DNA of 32,405 bases from Candidatus Omnitrophota bacterium (GCA_016206725.1 JACQRA010000016.1:1-32405); one strand, 5' to 3'. Shown: positions 8,175-17,908, counted from the first letter of the stretch. The notes: generated from the letters alone by a model not told the origin. Made by a program: numbers and translations.

Positions 8175-9461
8175 TTAGGATTCCTCCTGATGTGGCCGCA
8201 AGCCAACGGCCAGCCCAAGGAAGGTCCAGAGGAACTTGAGGTGCGTGATCTCCATGTGGAAGCCGCTGAGCAAGCAACCAACCAGTCCCATCCCTGTCAG
8301 GCGGCGTAGACTGAAGGGACCCTCGGAGGGATCCTGACGTAAGAGCTGTCCCAGCAGCCAACCATACAGGACCAGCCACCCTCCCAGGGTGACGATGCCC
8401 CCTTCCCCTGCCCAGCCGAACCATGACGAATGCGGATCTTCAAATGGCTCTTCAGGAAACGGCGGCCACGATGTCCGACGCTCCTCCGGAGTCGTCATCT
8501 CAAGGAAGTGGTCCCCAAACGTTCCAGGGCCAAGACCGACGAGCGGGCTGGCTTGGAACATCCGCAGACTGGCGGCGTGGATCACCGCATAGGCGTTCGT
8601 TTGCATATTCACGGTCATGGACAGCGTCTGGCGGTCCCGATCCCGCTCGAGCCGGATGGGGACAATGGTCCAGATCGTCACGATGACACCAAGCACCACA
8701 AGGCACGCGGCAGCCCACGCCAAGGCGTGTCGCACTCGCCACAACATCGGGAGGCGTCCCCGAGCCGCGTATCCGATGAGGGCCATGGCCACGACGATCC
8801 CCACGATGGGTCTCGTCATGGACAGCCCGGCCACCACGAGGAAGAGACCGAGCCCTGCCCGCAGCAGATGCCGGCCCCAACGTGAAGGGTGGGGATCGCC
8901 AAGCAACGCGAGGCACCACACGGTCGTCGTGACGAGATAGAGCGCCAACGTTTGTGGACCCAACGTGGAGGCGATGCGAACCACGCGCCCTCCCAGGTTC
9001 ACGGAATCGTTGGAGGCGAGGAGGGTTTTCGCGCCGAAGCCGACGACCGCGACGTACGCGACCAGACCAATCACCGCCACCACGGCCCCCGCGATAAGCC
9101 AACCCTGGATGACGAGGTGACGCTCAGAGACGGTCAGACGATAGTGTGCGAAAAAGCCTAGCACGAACATCGAATAGCCCACGCGCAGGATATCCGGCAG
9201 CGCCGCCTTCCCTGCCCCTGAGGCGAGGGCTGAGATGACGACGGCGCCCAGAGGAACCAGCGACACGATCAGCACGTCCGGCTGCAGAGGGAACAACCTC
9301 CTCGGTGACGTGGCCAGGACAACACCCAGCATCGCCACAAACGCGACATCCGCAGGGGCCACCACCTTACCACCAGGCAAGGTGCCAAGGGGCCACAACA
9401 GCGGAAGGCTCATGACATACAGGAGAATCGGCCAGAGGCGCAGCATCGTGGCGGCCCTCAT
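8175..9461 (-). CDS. Wzy_C / O-antigen-ligase-family polytopic membrane protein (polymerase, WaaL-type ligase or PglL-type O-oligosaccharyltransferase)
   Basis: Trimmed to ATG 9461 (ATGA overlap). It has roughly 10-12 hydrophobic helices. A periplasmic-loop signature with a conserved His/Gly pattern is present (FEDPHSSWFGWAGEGGIVTLGGW). The sub-type cannot be resolved from sequence alone. Confidence 0.75.
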   Translation of the reverse strand: MRAATMLRLWPILLYVMSLPLLWPLGTLPGGKVVAPADVAFVAMLGVVLATSPRRLFPLQPDVLIVSLVPLGAVVISALASGAGKAALPDILRVGYSMFVLGFFAHYRLTVSERHLVIQGWLIAGAVVAVIGLVAYVAVVGFGAKTLLASNDSVNLGGRVVRIASTLGPQTLALYLVTTTVWCLALLGDPHPSRWGRHLLRAGLGLFLVVAGLSMTRPIVGIVVAMALIGYAARGRLPMLWRVRHALAWAAACLVVLGVIVTIWTIVPIRLERDRDRQTLSMTVNMQTNAYAVIHAASLRMFQASPLVGLGPGTFGDHFLEMTTPEERRTSWPPFPEEPFEDPHSSWFGWAGEGGIVTLGGWLVLYGWLLGQLLRQDPSEGPFSLRRLTGMGLVGCLLSGFHMEITHLKFLWTFLGLAVGLRPHQEES

Positions 9462-10663
9462 GAGCGCTGCTCCCTTGCGCACTGAGCATCGCGCAGCCGG
9501 TCGTACATCGCGTGGTAACGTTGCGCCATGCGCTGAAGAGAAAAGTCTTGGGCGACGCGCTCTCGCGCCTGACGACCCCATGCCTGCCGTTGTGCTGGAT
9601 GAGCGATCAGCCTCTCGATGGCCTCGGAGAGCTGGGCGACATCTCCAGGCTCGACCAGGAACCCCTCGATTCCGTCGTTAATCAGCAGATCGGTCGAACC
9701 GGGCAGTCGCGATGCGACACACGCGAGACCGCTGGCCATCGCCTCGAGGAGCGCCATCGGAAGTCCTTCACGAATGGACGGCAGGACAAAGCTATCGACG
9801 GCTTGGTAGTACCGCTCCATGGCCCCAGATGACTCGACGAAGACCATACGATCCTGCACCCCGAACGCGGCGGCCTCATCGCGGATCGCTTGCGCGAGTC
9901 CCCGGTCAATTTCAAAATAGCTCGAGCGGGTGGTACCGACAAACACCAAGTTGGTCGCCGGCAAGCCGGGTCGCTGGAGACGCCGCCATGCGTCGAACAG
10001 CGTCCGTGGCCCTTTGTCATAGGAAAAAAATCCGACGAAGAGGATCAGGAAGGCCTCCATGGAAAGCCCCAACTGCCTCCGAAGGGCCGCTCGCTGAGGT
10101 GAATCGACTGGGTGAAACCGATCAAGGTCGACTCCATTCGGAATGACACAGAATCGCTGGGGCGGCAACCCGGCGGCCTTGTAACTGGCCTCAAAATGGG
10201 AGCTGACCCCCACCAGGGCATCGGCACGTCGGTAGCACCAGAACGCCAACCGTCCCCGTGCCTGCACGGCTGGCGGCTCGTCATATCCCGCCGTATGGAG
10301 GGTCAGGAGGATCGGTTTGCGAAACAGGATGGCGAGCAATGTGAGCACGACATTCTTGTCGGACCACCCATTGAGATGGACGACTCTCACCCGGCGGCAC
10401 GTTCGCAAGAACCTCCACGCCAGACGCAGTCCGGCGACCAGCTTGGAGCGCACGCGCTTCAGATCGATGACAATCCGGTACACCGGAATGCCGTCGACCG
10501 TGGAGCGCCGTGGAAGCGACGCATTGGTGGTCACCGACAGCACCAGAAACGCTCGTGAGGGCGTTAAGGCTCGCATCAGCTCCTGGCACTGCACCCCTCC
10601 ACCACTCATCTCAGGATCGTACGCCCCGATGACCATGAGGACAGCCGCCTCCCGTTCACGCAT
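9458..10663 (-). CDS. GT4 (GT-B, Glycos_transf_1) glycosyltransferase
   Basis: Trimmed to ATG 10663 (2 nt after the upstream stop, with GGAG 4 nt upstream). An alternative ATG lies at 10636. It starts MREREAAVLMVIGAYDPEMSGGG and carries an E-x7-E motif in VLPSIREGLPMALLEAMASGLACVAS. Confidence 0.85.
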   Translation of the reverse strand: MREREAAVLMVIGAYDPEMSGGGVQCQELMRALTPSRAFLVLSVTTNASLPRRSTVDGIPVYRIVIDLKRVRSKLVAGLRLAWRFLRTCRRVRVVHLNGWSDKNVVLTLLAILFRKPILLTLHTAGYDEPPAVQARGRLAFWCYRRADALVGVSSHFEASYKAAGLPPQRFCVIPNGVDLDRFHPVDSPQRAALRRQLGLSMEAFLILFVGFFSYDKGPRTLFDAWRRLQRPGLPATNLVFVGTTRSSYFEIDRGLAQAIRDEAAAFGVQDRMVFVESSGAMERYYQAVDSFVLPSIREGLPMALLEAMASGLACVASRLPGSTDLLINDGIEGFLVEPGDVAQLSEAIERLIAHPAQRQAWGRQARERVAQDFSLQRMAQRYHAMYDRLRDAQCAREQRS

Positions 10664-11876
10664 GGCGCTCCAGAACGTCACGGACCGCCTCGATGACATC
10701 CTCCACATCCTCGTCCGTCAACTTGGCCGAGAGAGGAAGACTCACGGTTTCCCGGCCGATTCGAGTCGCCTGCGGATAATCCGTCGGACGCCACCCGAAC
10801 GTCTGCTGGTAGTAGGGGTGTTCCGGAAGGCTGAGATAGTGGACGCCGACCCCAATGCGGTGAGCGGTCATCGCGTCCAGAAACGGGTCCCGGCTGATCC
10901 CGGTGCGCCGCTCATCAACGCGAATGGTGCACAGGTGGTAGGCGTGGCGCGTCCCGGGCTGGGGTTCGGCGGGAAGCGTGAGCGGCCACGCGGCGAATGC
11001 CTCGTGGTAGCGATGCCAGATCTCCCGCCGACGAGCCCACGAGGCGTCAAGCCGGCGAAGCTGATGAAGGCCAATGGCCGCCTGGAGATCCATCATCCCA
11101 TACTTGAATCCCGCGGAGATCACCTGATAATGCTTGTAGCCCTTGTCTCCGAACCGCGCCCACGCGTCTTGACTCATTCCATGCAACGCAAGGATCTTGA
11201 CGCGATCCGCATCCTCCGCGCGACGCGTCAACACCATGCCGCCCTCGCCGGTGACGAGGTTCTTCGTCACGTAGAAACTGAAACAGCCGAAGTCGCCGAA
11301 GGTCCCCGTCGGTCGGCTTCGGAACTCCGCCTCAATGGCGTGGGCGCAGTCCTCGATCAGCGTCAGGTGGTACTGATCCGCCAGCGCACAGAGCCTGTCC
11401 ATGTCGCAGGGGCGGCCCGCGAAATGCACCGGCAGGATGGCCTTAGTCTTGGTGGTGATGCGCGCGGTCACCTGCTCCGGATCCAGATTCATGGTCACCG
11501 GATCCACATCCACGAGGACCGGCGTCGCGCCCGCATGGATGATCGCATTCACGGTCGCACAAAACGTGAGCGCCGTCGTGATCACCTGGTCCCCGGGCCC
11601 GATGCCCGCCGCGAGCATGCTCAGGTGCAAGGCCGCCGTGCAGGAGTTGACGGCGACCGCATGCGCCGCCCCTTTATAGGCCTTAAAATCGCGTTCGAAC
11701 TGGGCCACCTTGGGGCCGGCCCCCAGCCAACCGCTCCGAAGGCTGTCGACCACCTCGGTGATCTCGGGTTCCTCGATCGCCGGCGCCCCAAAGACAAGAA
11801 ACGCGTCGCGCTTCACCGATGGGGGCCGCAAGACGTGGCGAGCGGAGCCCACGCCGCTTACTGGATGCTTGGACAT
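10656..11876 (-). CDS. DegT/DnrJ/EryC1/StrS-family PLP-dependent sugar aminotransferase
   Basis: Track ORF 10656..12053 trimmed to ATG 11876, giving a 19-nt overlap with the GT2 gene end; the start is uncertain. Motifs: GPKVAQFERDFKAY, NSCTAALHL, and the PLP-lysine context FSFYVTKNLVTGEGG. Confidence 0.88.
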   Translation of the reverse strand: MSKHPVSGVGSARHVLRPPSVKRDAFLVFGAPAIEEPEITEVVDSLRSGWLGAGPKVAQFERDFKAYKGAAHAVAVNSCTAALHLSMLAAGIGPGDQVITTALTFCATVNAIIHAGATPVLVDVDPVTMNLDPEQVTARITTKTKAILPVHFAGRPCDMDRLCALADQYHLTLIEDCAHAIEAEFRSRPTGTFGDFGCFSFYVTKNLVTGEGGMVLTRRAEDADRVKILALHGMSQDAWARFGDKGYKHYQVISAGFKYGMMDLQAAIGLHQLRRLDASWARRREIWHRYHEAFAAWPLTLPAEPQPGTRHAYHLCTIRVDERRTGISRDPFLDAMTAHRIGVGVHYLSLPEHPYYQQTFGWRPTDYPQATRIGRETVSLPLSAKLTDEDVEDVIEAVRDVLERHA

Positions 11877-12841
11877 CCTAAGGACCGGGTGAGACGGAGC
11901 GCTTGCGCTCCCCGCGACAGCCACACACGCACCTGTTGGTATGACGCGTACGGCACGCACTGCATCAACCATCGATCGCGGAAGGCCTCGACATAGCGCC
12001 AGCGGTACGGGCGCAACCCCTCCATTGCCTCGCGCCGGCGGCCTCGTGCCCACGCCAATCTGGCCTCAAGCCTGGCGATTCCGAATTCAAAGCGCGCGGC
12101 CTCGCCCGCGAAAGTCCGGTCGAAATCCGGAATCAGATCGCGTTGCTTCTGGAGGACCATGCGCATCTCCACCGGCATCCGGTCGGGGCGCGTGTGCGTC
12201 AAGCTCTGTTGATGCATACGGACGCAGACCAGCGGTTCGTTGACGACATCCACCCACCATCGGTAGGCGATGCGCAGAAAAAAATCCATGTCCGAGAGCA
12301 TCTGGAATCGTGGATCGAACCCCACCGCCTCGCCTTCGAGGACTCGCCGATGCACGACCGCAGTCTGAATGCTGATGGCGAACTGCCGCAGGAGATACCG
12401 GTACGCCTCGCCGGAAGCGGGCTTCAGTTTCTGGAACTGCCGGAACAGGTGCCCGTTGCCCCACAGGTTCAGGCAATCGCTGTAGACAATCCCCAGCCGC
12501 GGGTCACGCTCGAAGCGCGGCACCTGCCGCGCCAGTTTGTGCGGCACCCACACGTCATCGTGGTCGATGAAGGCAATCAACGTCCCGCGAGACAGACGCA
12601 GCGCGAGGTCCCGCGCCGCCCCCTCTCCCATATTCCGCGGCGCTCGGTGATAGACGATCGGACGACCGGCTGCGATGTGCCGTTGGATCACGGCATCGGT
12701 CCCATCGGTTGAGGCATCGTCCACGATGACGAGCTCCCAATCCGTGTAGGTCTGAACGAACACGCTCTGCAGCGTCTCCTCCAGGAAGCGCGCCGAATTG
12801 TAACAGCAGAGGTTGATGCTCACGTGGGGCGTCATCGTCAT
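11858..12841 (-). CDS. GT2 (GT-A fold) glycosyltransferase
   Basis: Trimmed to ATG 12841 (ATGA overlap). Motifs: VSINLCCYNSARFLEETLQSVFVQTYTDWELVIVDDASTDGT, and a DxD-type FIDHDDV. Confidence 0.85.
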   Translation of the reverse strand: MTMTPHVSINLCCYNSARFLEETLQSVFVQTYTDWELVIVDDASTDGTDAVIQRHIAAGRPIVYHRAPRNMGEGAARDLALRLSRGTLIAFIDHDDVWVPHKLARQVPRFERDPRLGIVYSDCLNLWGNGHLFRQFQKLKPASGEAYRYLLRQFAISIQTAVVHRRVLEGEAVGFDPRFQMLSDMDFFLRIAYRWWVDVVNEPLVCVRMHQQSLTHTRPDRMPVEMRMVLQKQRDLIPDFDRTFAGEAARFEFGIARLEARLAWARGRRREAMEGLRPYRWRYVEAFRDRWLMQCVPYASYQQVRVWLSRGAQALRLTRSLGCPSIQ

Positions 12842-14742
12842 GTCGCAGCGTCTGCCGCCTCTTCCGGGCACGTCCTGATGAGCGACGTCCAGACCTCCTC
12901 ATCCACCGACCCGTACATCCGTTCGACCAGGGCCGCCGCGACAGGGCGCACGGGGGTGCCCGCCTTCAGCGTGGCCTCCACGGAAGCGCGCAGTGAAGCG
13001 CCGTTGCAGACCGGCACCGGCATGGCCTCCGGCTCCTGGCCTGCATCGATATCCACCAGATCGGCCCGATACTTCAGCACCGGCACCCCGCACAGGAACG
13101 CCTCCCACCAGCTCGATGTCGGCCCCACGTAGAGCAGCAGGTCGACATCGGGCAGCAACCGTGGCATGGAAAGCTCCGTCATCTTCATCCAGGACGGCAG
13201 CGCGAAGCCGTATGGCACAAGATGCGTCAGGGGCAGCGCGGGGTGGAACTTCAGTAGAAACCGGACCGAGCCGCCAGCCTTCGACTCAGACATGAGCGGC
13301 TGCCTGAACGCCTCCGAAAGGTCCGCCAGCAGACGGCTGGCATGCGGGCGGGAGATCGGAAAGGTTACCAGGACCGTACGGGGGGCTGTCGCGCGGTTCC
13401 GTCCGTAGCGAGCGACCCTCTGCTGAATCAGCTCCTCCAGCTTCGTGTGCAGATACTCATGCCGCAGCGCTCCACCGTTGACCAATCGCGCCAGCGGATA
13501 GCCCCCGATCTTGAGCTGTTCAAGGTTGAACACGCTGCTGGCGACAATCTGATCCGGCAGCGGGGTAATCTCTTCCGCCCCACGGCCCAGGGTATAAGGA
13601 AGCAGCAACGGGGGCACCCAACTGTGCTGATAGCCGACCAATTTGACGTGCGGCGCCCGCTCACGCCACGCGAGGCAAAGGAGCTTTTCCCATGGCTGGT
13701 CCTCGAACGGATAGATCACGCACCGGACCGAGGCGCCGACGCGCCCGGCGAGCCGGCGCATCGCGAAGTAGCCGATCCGGTAGTGCCAGAAATCAACCCG
13801 TCCCCACTCCCGCAGGGTTTCCCGACGCACCAGCCACCGGTAGTCCCATCCCTGACATTGAGCGAGCGCGCCGAGGTGATGAACCCGGAACCACGCGCAG
13901 AGCGTGCGGACAACATCCAGCCAACCAAGATATCTTGGTGTCACGAGACAGGGCACCGCGTGTTGCCGCAGTCGACGCAGCAAGGGCGGTGGAATCTCAG
14001 CGGGGGTCAGACGCGTGACCCGCTCACCGGCGGCCGTCAGCATGGCGTCGAGCCGTCCGGTCCACGCATCGCTCAGGCGTCCGGGCTGCTGAAAACATTC
14101 CGGGCGGATCCAGGTGTAGAGCAGCGTGGTGTCCCGCCGACGGCCCTCAAGCGACTCCCACGTCCGGGGAAACCACAGGCGCACAAGCCCGTACGATGTC
14201 ATCGCCGAACGGACGGTTGCCAGGACGGCGCGAGGGACTCGACTGAGCCACTTCAGCGCATCACGGGCGCAGGCGGCCAGTCCCACGCCTCGCCATGCCA
14301 CACGCAGGTCGCGCCCGAACTGCCAGCGCAGCGTCAGTGCCAACCAGGGGTCCTCCACCACGATGCATCGCACGGTGGCTGGCGGGGTGCTGCACAGCCA
14401 CGCATCGATCAGCCGGGTGTAGCAAATCAGCAGGAACACGTCTGTCTGCAATGGACTGCTCGTGGCGAAGGTCGACGCCCACCAGGAGACATGATCTGGC
14501 TGACGACGGCCGATGGCAACGAGCCAGTCGAGGTATGGCTGCTTCATCTCATGGGCCAACTGGGTGAGGGGCTCTTCGATCGGGATTTCGCGCGCGAGGC
14601 GGAGCGCGGCGGCTGTCCGCGCCCGCGTGGCCTCGTCCGTTCCACAATAGCACCACTCCAGGGGCGCATCCGCCGGGAGCGGCAGGCCGCCCGGAAGGCA
14701 CTCCGGCGCGACGATCCACCAACGGACGTCGGCGGGCGGCAT
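12838..14742 (-). CDS. Large (634 aa) uncharacterised cytoplasmic protein; possible GT-B-like / capsule-type transferase
   Basis: Long ORF with an ATG directly abutting the upstream TAG (TAGATG). It has no TM helices and no textbook catalytic motif. The C-terminal half alternates beta/alpha-like segments (VRCVIYPFED, KLVGYQHSW, TVLVTFPIS, VRFLLKFHP, VDLLLYVGPTSSWWEAFLCGVPVLKY). That pattern resembles the donor-binding half of CDP-glycerol-glycerophosphotransferase- or sialyltransferase-like enzymes. The functional call is weak. Confidence 0.7.
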   Translation of the reverse strand: MPPADVRWWIVAPECLPGGLPLPADAPLEWCYCGTDEATRARTAAALRLAREIPIEEPLTQLAHEMKQPYLDWLVAIGRRQPDHVSWWASTFATSSPLQTDVFLLICYTRLIDAWLCSTPPATVRCIVVEDPWLALTLRWQFGRDLRVAWRGVGLAACARDALKWLSRVPRAVLATVRSAMTSYGLVRLWFPRTWESLEGRRRDTTLLYTWIRPECFQQPGRLSDAWTGRLDAMLTAAGERVTRLTPAEIPPPLLRRLRQHAVPCLVTPRYLGWLDVVRTLCAWFRVHHLGALAQCQGWDYRWLVRRETLREWGRVDFWHYRIGYFAMRRLAGRVGASVRCVIYPFEDQPWEKLLCLAWRERAPHVKLVGYQHSWVPPLLLPYTLGRGAEEITPLPDQIVASSVFNLEQLKIGGYPLARLVNGGALRHEYLHTKLEELIQQRVARYGRNRATAPRTVLVTFPISRPHASRLLADLSEAFRQPLMSESKAGGSVRFLLKFHPALPLTHLVPYGFALPSWMKMTELSMPRLLPDVDLLLYVGPTSSWWEAFLCGVPVLKYRADLVDIDAGQEPEAMPVPVCNGASLRASVEATLKAGTPVRPVAAALVERMYGSVDEEVWTSLIRTCPEEAADAAT

Positions 14743-15399
14743 CTAGCTGGAATCCGCCCCGAATGCTTCGAGGGCGCGCGCCAAGTGAGCCAACGAGGCG
14801 ATCGTGGGACCTACGAAACCCTCCACGGCCGGCGTGCCGGGTGAGGGCCGCCAGATGAAGGGCACGGCGAACTGCCGGGCCGCCAGCCAGTCCGTCTGCG
14901 CATCGCCGACCATGATGACCTCCCACGGCTGCAGCCGTTGCCGCTCCAGCAGTCCCTGGAGCAGGGCGGCCTTATGGGGTGGTGCGCCCAGCACCTCGTC
15001 AAAGAAGTGGTCCATGCGCCGGCAGCGGATGACGTCCTTGAGCTCCGCCTCCGGGCTGCCGGAGACCACGAAGAACCGGTACCGCCCCCGGTGGGCTAGG
15101 AGGAATTCCTCGGCCCCCTCCACCCAAGGCGCCGCCACCAACCGTCTGACCACCAGCGCGGCGAAACGGTCGCACAGCTTCCTGTAAGTCGCCTCATCGA
15201 GCGGGCGTCGCAGGATGTCCCGGTAGATCGTCCGGAACTTCTCAAACCGCGACACGCCGCCATGCGCCTGGTGGTAGGCCACAATCTGCCGCGCGACGGC
15301 TGGTTCTTCGGCCGCGAAGAGCGCCGTAAAGGCCGAGGTCTTGATGGCCTCGGACTCGATCAGCACCCCGTCGAAATCAAACGCAATCGCCCGCACCAT
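14743..15399 (-). CDS. HAD-superfamily hydrolase (phosphatase-like, capped type)
   Basis: ATG 15399 gives MVRAIAFDFDGVLIES (DxDG motif I). An alternative GTG lies at 15405. Later motifs are FFVVSGSP and MVGDAQTD. Confidence 0.85.
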   Translation of the reverse strand: MVRAIAFDFDGVLIESEAIKTSAFTALFAAEEPAVARQIVAYHQAHGGVSRFEKFRTIYRDILRRPLDEATYRKLCDRFAALVVRRLVAAPWVEGAEEFLLAHRGRYRFFVVSGSPEAELKDVIRCRRMDHFFDEVLGAPPHKAALLQGLLERQRLQPWEVIMVGDAQTDWLAARQFAVPFIWRPSPGTPAVEGFVGPTIASLAHLARALEAFGADSS

Positions 15400-15407
15400 C
15401 CCCACAC

Positions 15408-17006
15408 CTAGCTGAACGTGACCTTCCCGTCGTTAAAATAGTTGGCAATGTACTGTTCCCGAAGATCGGCGAAGACGGCATTTCCTTCCTCGTCGTCGAT
15501 CTCAGCGCGCCGGATCGTTGGCCACAACGACTCCGGCAGCCTGGCGTAGAGCGAGAAACACCGCGCGATCCCCGTGATTTCTCGGGGCGAATACTGGGGC
15601 ATCTTGAGGATGGACGCGGCGGTGAGCGAGCACGTGACCGCGTTGTCGTCCAGCAGCCCCAAGGTGACCGCCAACGTTCGCAGCGGGGTCCCGTGATAGG
15701 GCATAAACGTGTAGCAGTTCATCGTGTCCACGATGAGTTCGCGATTGAGCCGGATCGTGTCGAAGGCCAGCTCCCTCGTCTCCGTTGGGAAGCCGGTGAT
15801 GTTGTTCACGGAGACGGGGATGTGACGGCCGATCAGGTTCGTCCGCTTGATCAGCTCTTCATTGGCGATCTGCCGGTCCACCACCTCCCGCCGGAACTGC
15901 TCGTTGCCGTGCTCGATGCCCAGCGACACTCGATGGCAGCCGACGCTCTTGAGCATGTCAACCGCCTCCTCGGTAATCGTCTCAGGCCGCGTCTGCATCC
16001 AGAAGGGGAGCCGGACGTTGCGGTACATCTCAATGAAGGCCTTGAACTCCTCGTTCGACCAGGCGAGGAAGGTGTCAGCCGGAAAGTAGACATACTCGGC
16101 CTTCCAGCGTCTGACGAGTTCGACCAGCTCCTCCTGCACTTTGGTAATGGATTTCTTCCGAAAGAACTTGCCGACGCGGTTTTCCTTGTGGAGCCGGTTC
16201 TGCGACGGCGAGTTGCAATAGGTACACGTGAAGGGGCAGCCCCGGTGCGTCTCGATGGGGATCATCCGGTACACCGTGCCCGCCATCGGGCGGTAGATCC
16301 GGTTCTCCTCAAAAATCTCGAAGTCCAAGATCGGCAGGGTGTCGAGCTCAACGAGGGGGCGCTGGGGGTTGACCTTCGCCTTCCCGTCCGGCCCTTTCAC
16401 CCAGAGGTTGTTGACATCGGAGTAATCCAGCCCCATGGCCATTCGCTCGCACAGTTCGACAAGGGCTCCCTCGCCCTCCCCTACGCAGACCATGTCAATC
16501 GCCGACTCCTCAATGGCGATGTGCGGGGCGAAGGTGGCAAACACCCCACCCAGGATGGTCGGGATCTTTCGGTCCTTGATCTGATTGAGGAGGTAGAGAC
16601 CCTGGAAGTAGGTATCTTCCACCGCGGAGACGGCGATCAGGTCCGGCTGGAACGTGTCCACGAGTTGGAGGAAATCATCGACCATGTCGGTCTCTTTGGG
16701 GGTAATCCCGCGCTCCACGAGGTTGAAGGGCCGCACCTGCAAGGTGAGCTCTTTGCGCTTGTCTGAGCTGATCTCAAACCTGCCGATCCCCTGCCCGCCC
16801 AGCTTCGCCATGGCCATCCCGACGTGGTCCCACGGGTAGTAGGTCGTGTCGAATAGGGCGACCTCAATCCCTTTCTGCTTCAGGAGCGCAGAGAAGATCG
16901 CGATGGAAGGCGGCATCATGTTCATCATGTAGAGATTGGGATAGACGAAGAGTACCTTGAAATGCGGCTGCAGCGCCCCACGGAGGATGGACACCGGCTC
17001 GTTCAC
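15408..17006 (-). CDS. B12-binding-domain radical SAM enzyme (class B), copy 1
   Basis: GTG start 17006 sits in a GTGA overlap with the upstream stop. The N-terminal Rossmann-like cobalamin-binding region carries KVLFVYPN and IPTILGGVFATF. The radical SAM cluster motif is ETHRGCPFTCTYC (CX3CX2C). It is a clear paralogue of 27979..29913. Confidence 0.9.
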   Translation of the reverse strand: MNEPVSILRGALQPHFKVLFVYPNLYMMNMMPPSIAIFSALLKQKGIEVALFDTTYYPWDHVGMAMAKLGGQGIGRFEISSDKRKELTLQVRPFNLVERGITPKETDMVDDFLQLVDTFQPDLIAVSAVEDTYFQGLYLLNQIKDRKIPTILGGVFATFAPHIAIEESAIDMVCVGEGEGALVELCERMAMGLDYSDVNNLWVKGPDGKAKVNPQRPLVELDTLPILDFEIFEENRIYRPMAGTVYRMIPIETHRGCPFTCTYCNSPSQNRLHKENRVGKFFRKKSITKVQEELVELVRRWKAEYVYFPADTFLAWSNEEFKAFIEMYRNVRLPFWMQTRPETITEEAVDMLKSVGCHRVSLGIEHGNEQFRREVVDRQIANEELIKRTNLIGRHIPVSVNNITGFPTETRELAFDTIRLNRELIVDTMNCYTFMPYHGTPLRTLAVTLGLLDDNAVTCSLTAASILKMPQYSPREITGIARCFSLYARLPESLWPTIRRAEIDDEEGNAVFADLREQYIANYFNDGKVTFS

Positions 17007-17905
17007 TTAAGCTCCTCGGCGAGTGCCGCGCTGATTCGCTGACGCTCGTGCATCTCGTTGAGACACGCGAGCAACCCCTGTCCCAGATCAAGGTAATGCT
17101 TCCCCACGAGTTTCTTCGCGATCTTCGGCTGGAAGGTATAGGGACTTCGACGATAGTGGACGAGCGCATCCGGTCCCTGAAACGTGATGGTCAGCTTCTT
17201 GTTGAGCATCTCCTGGATCATCTCCAGTAGGGCTTTCACCGTCATGGGTTGGTGGCCGGTGATGAGCACGTACTGGTTTTCAAATTCCGTGGCGAGTGCC
17301 TCGACACTGTGTCGTGCCGCATCCTCCACATGGATGTACTCTCGAATCTCTTCGCCATCCCCCAGCGAGTCGATCTTGCCCTCAAGGAGCGCCTGGGTCA
17401 GATACCGGTGGACGGCGTTGGTCGCATCCGCCCGCGGACCGTAGAGACTGCCGTACCGAAGGATGGTGTAGGGCAGCCCGTGCACCTGTTGAAACGCCTC
17501 GAGGTACAGCTCGCAGGCCTGCTTGCTACACCGGTAGAAGCCGCCCGCGAGGCTATGCACATAGACGGTGCTGGCGTACAGGACGCGCCGTACGCCGGTC
17601 CGGCGACACGCCTCCAAAAGCATCGTCGTACCCAGGATGTTCTGCCGGACGGTCTCGACGGGACGTTGGTTGGCCTCGTTGATATCCGCGATCCCGGCAA
17701 AGTGGTAGACGATCTCGCAGTCCGTCACCGCGCGCCGAACCGCGGCCTCATCGAGGAGATCCCCAACCATCATCTCCTGGCCGGTCTGCAGGTACGGCGA
17801 AGGGCACCGGTCGTAGATTCTCACGGCATGGCCCCGCTGCGTCAACACGTCGGCCACATGGCTGCCCAGGAATCCTGATCCTCCAAAGACCACCGCGCGC
17901 ATCAT
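17003..17905 (-). CDS. NAD(P)-dependent extended-SDR epimerase/dehydratase/reductase
   Basis: Track ORF trimmed to ATG 17905 (or ATG 17902). GGAGG at 17909..17913 overlaps the upstream TAG. Motifs: MMRAVVFGGSGFLGSHV (GxxGxxG) and YRCSK (YxxxK). The TDE motif of 4,6-dehydratases is absent. Confidence 0.9.
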   Translation of the reverse strand: MMRAVVFGGSGFLGSHVADVLTQRGHAVRIYDRCPSPYLQTGQEMMVGDLLDEAAVRRAVTDCEIVYHFAGIADINEANQRPVETVRQNILGTTMLLEACRRTGVRRVLYASTVYVHSLAGGFYRCSKQACELYLEAFQQVHGLPYTILRYGSLYGPRADATNAVHRYLTQALLEGKIDSLGDGEEIREYIHVEDAARHSVEALATEFENQYVLITGHQPMTVKALLEMIQEMLNKKLTITFQGPDALVHYRRSPYTFQPKIAKKLVGKHYLDLGQGLLACLNEMHERQRISAALAEELK

Positions 17906-17908
17906 CTG

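Noticed and set aside
10317-11996. A 559-aa ORF on the plus strand. Similar long plus-strand ORFs lie at 13342..14844, 25346..26806, 20219..21481, 24168..25352, 3025..4098 and 15693..16766.
   Set aside because: All lie antisense to minus-strand genes with clear family motifs. Their translations are Arg/Pro/Gly/Ala-rich low-complexity strings with no motifs. Stop-poor antisense frames are expected at this GC content.
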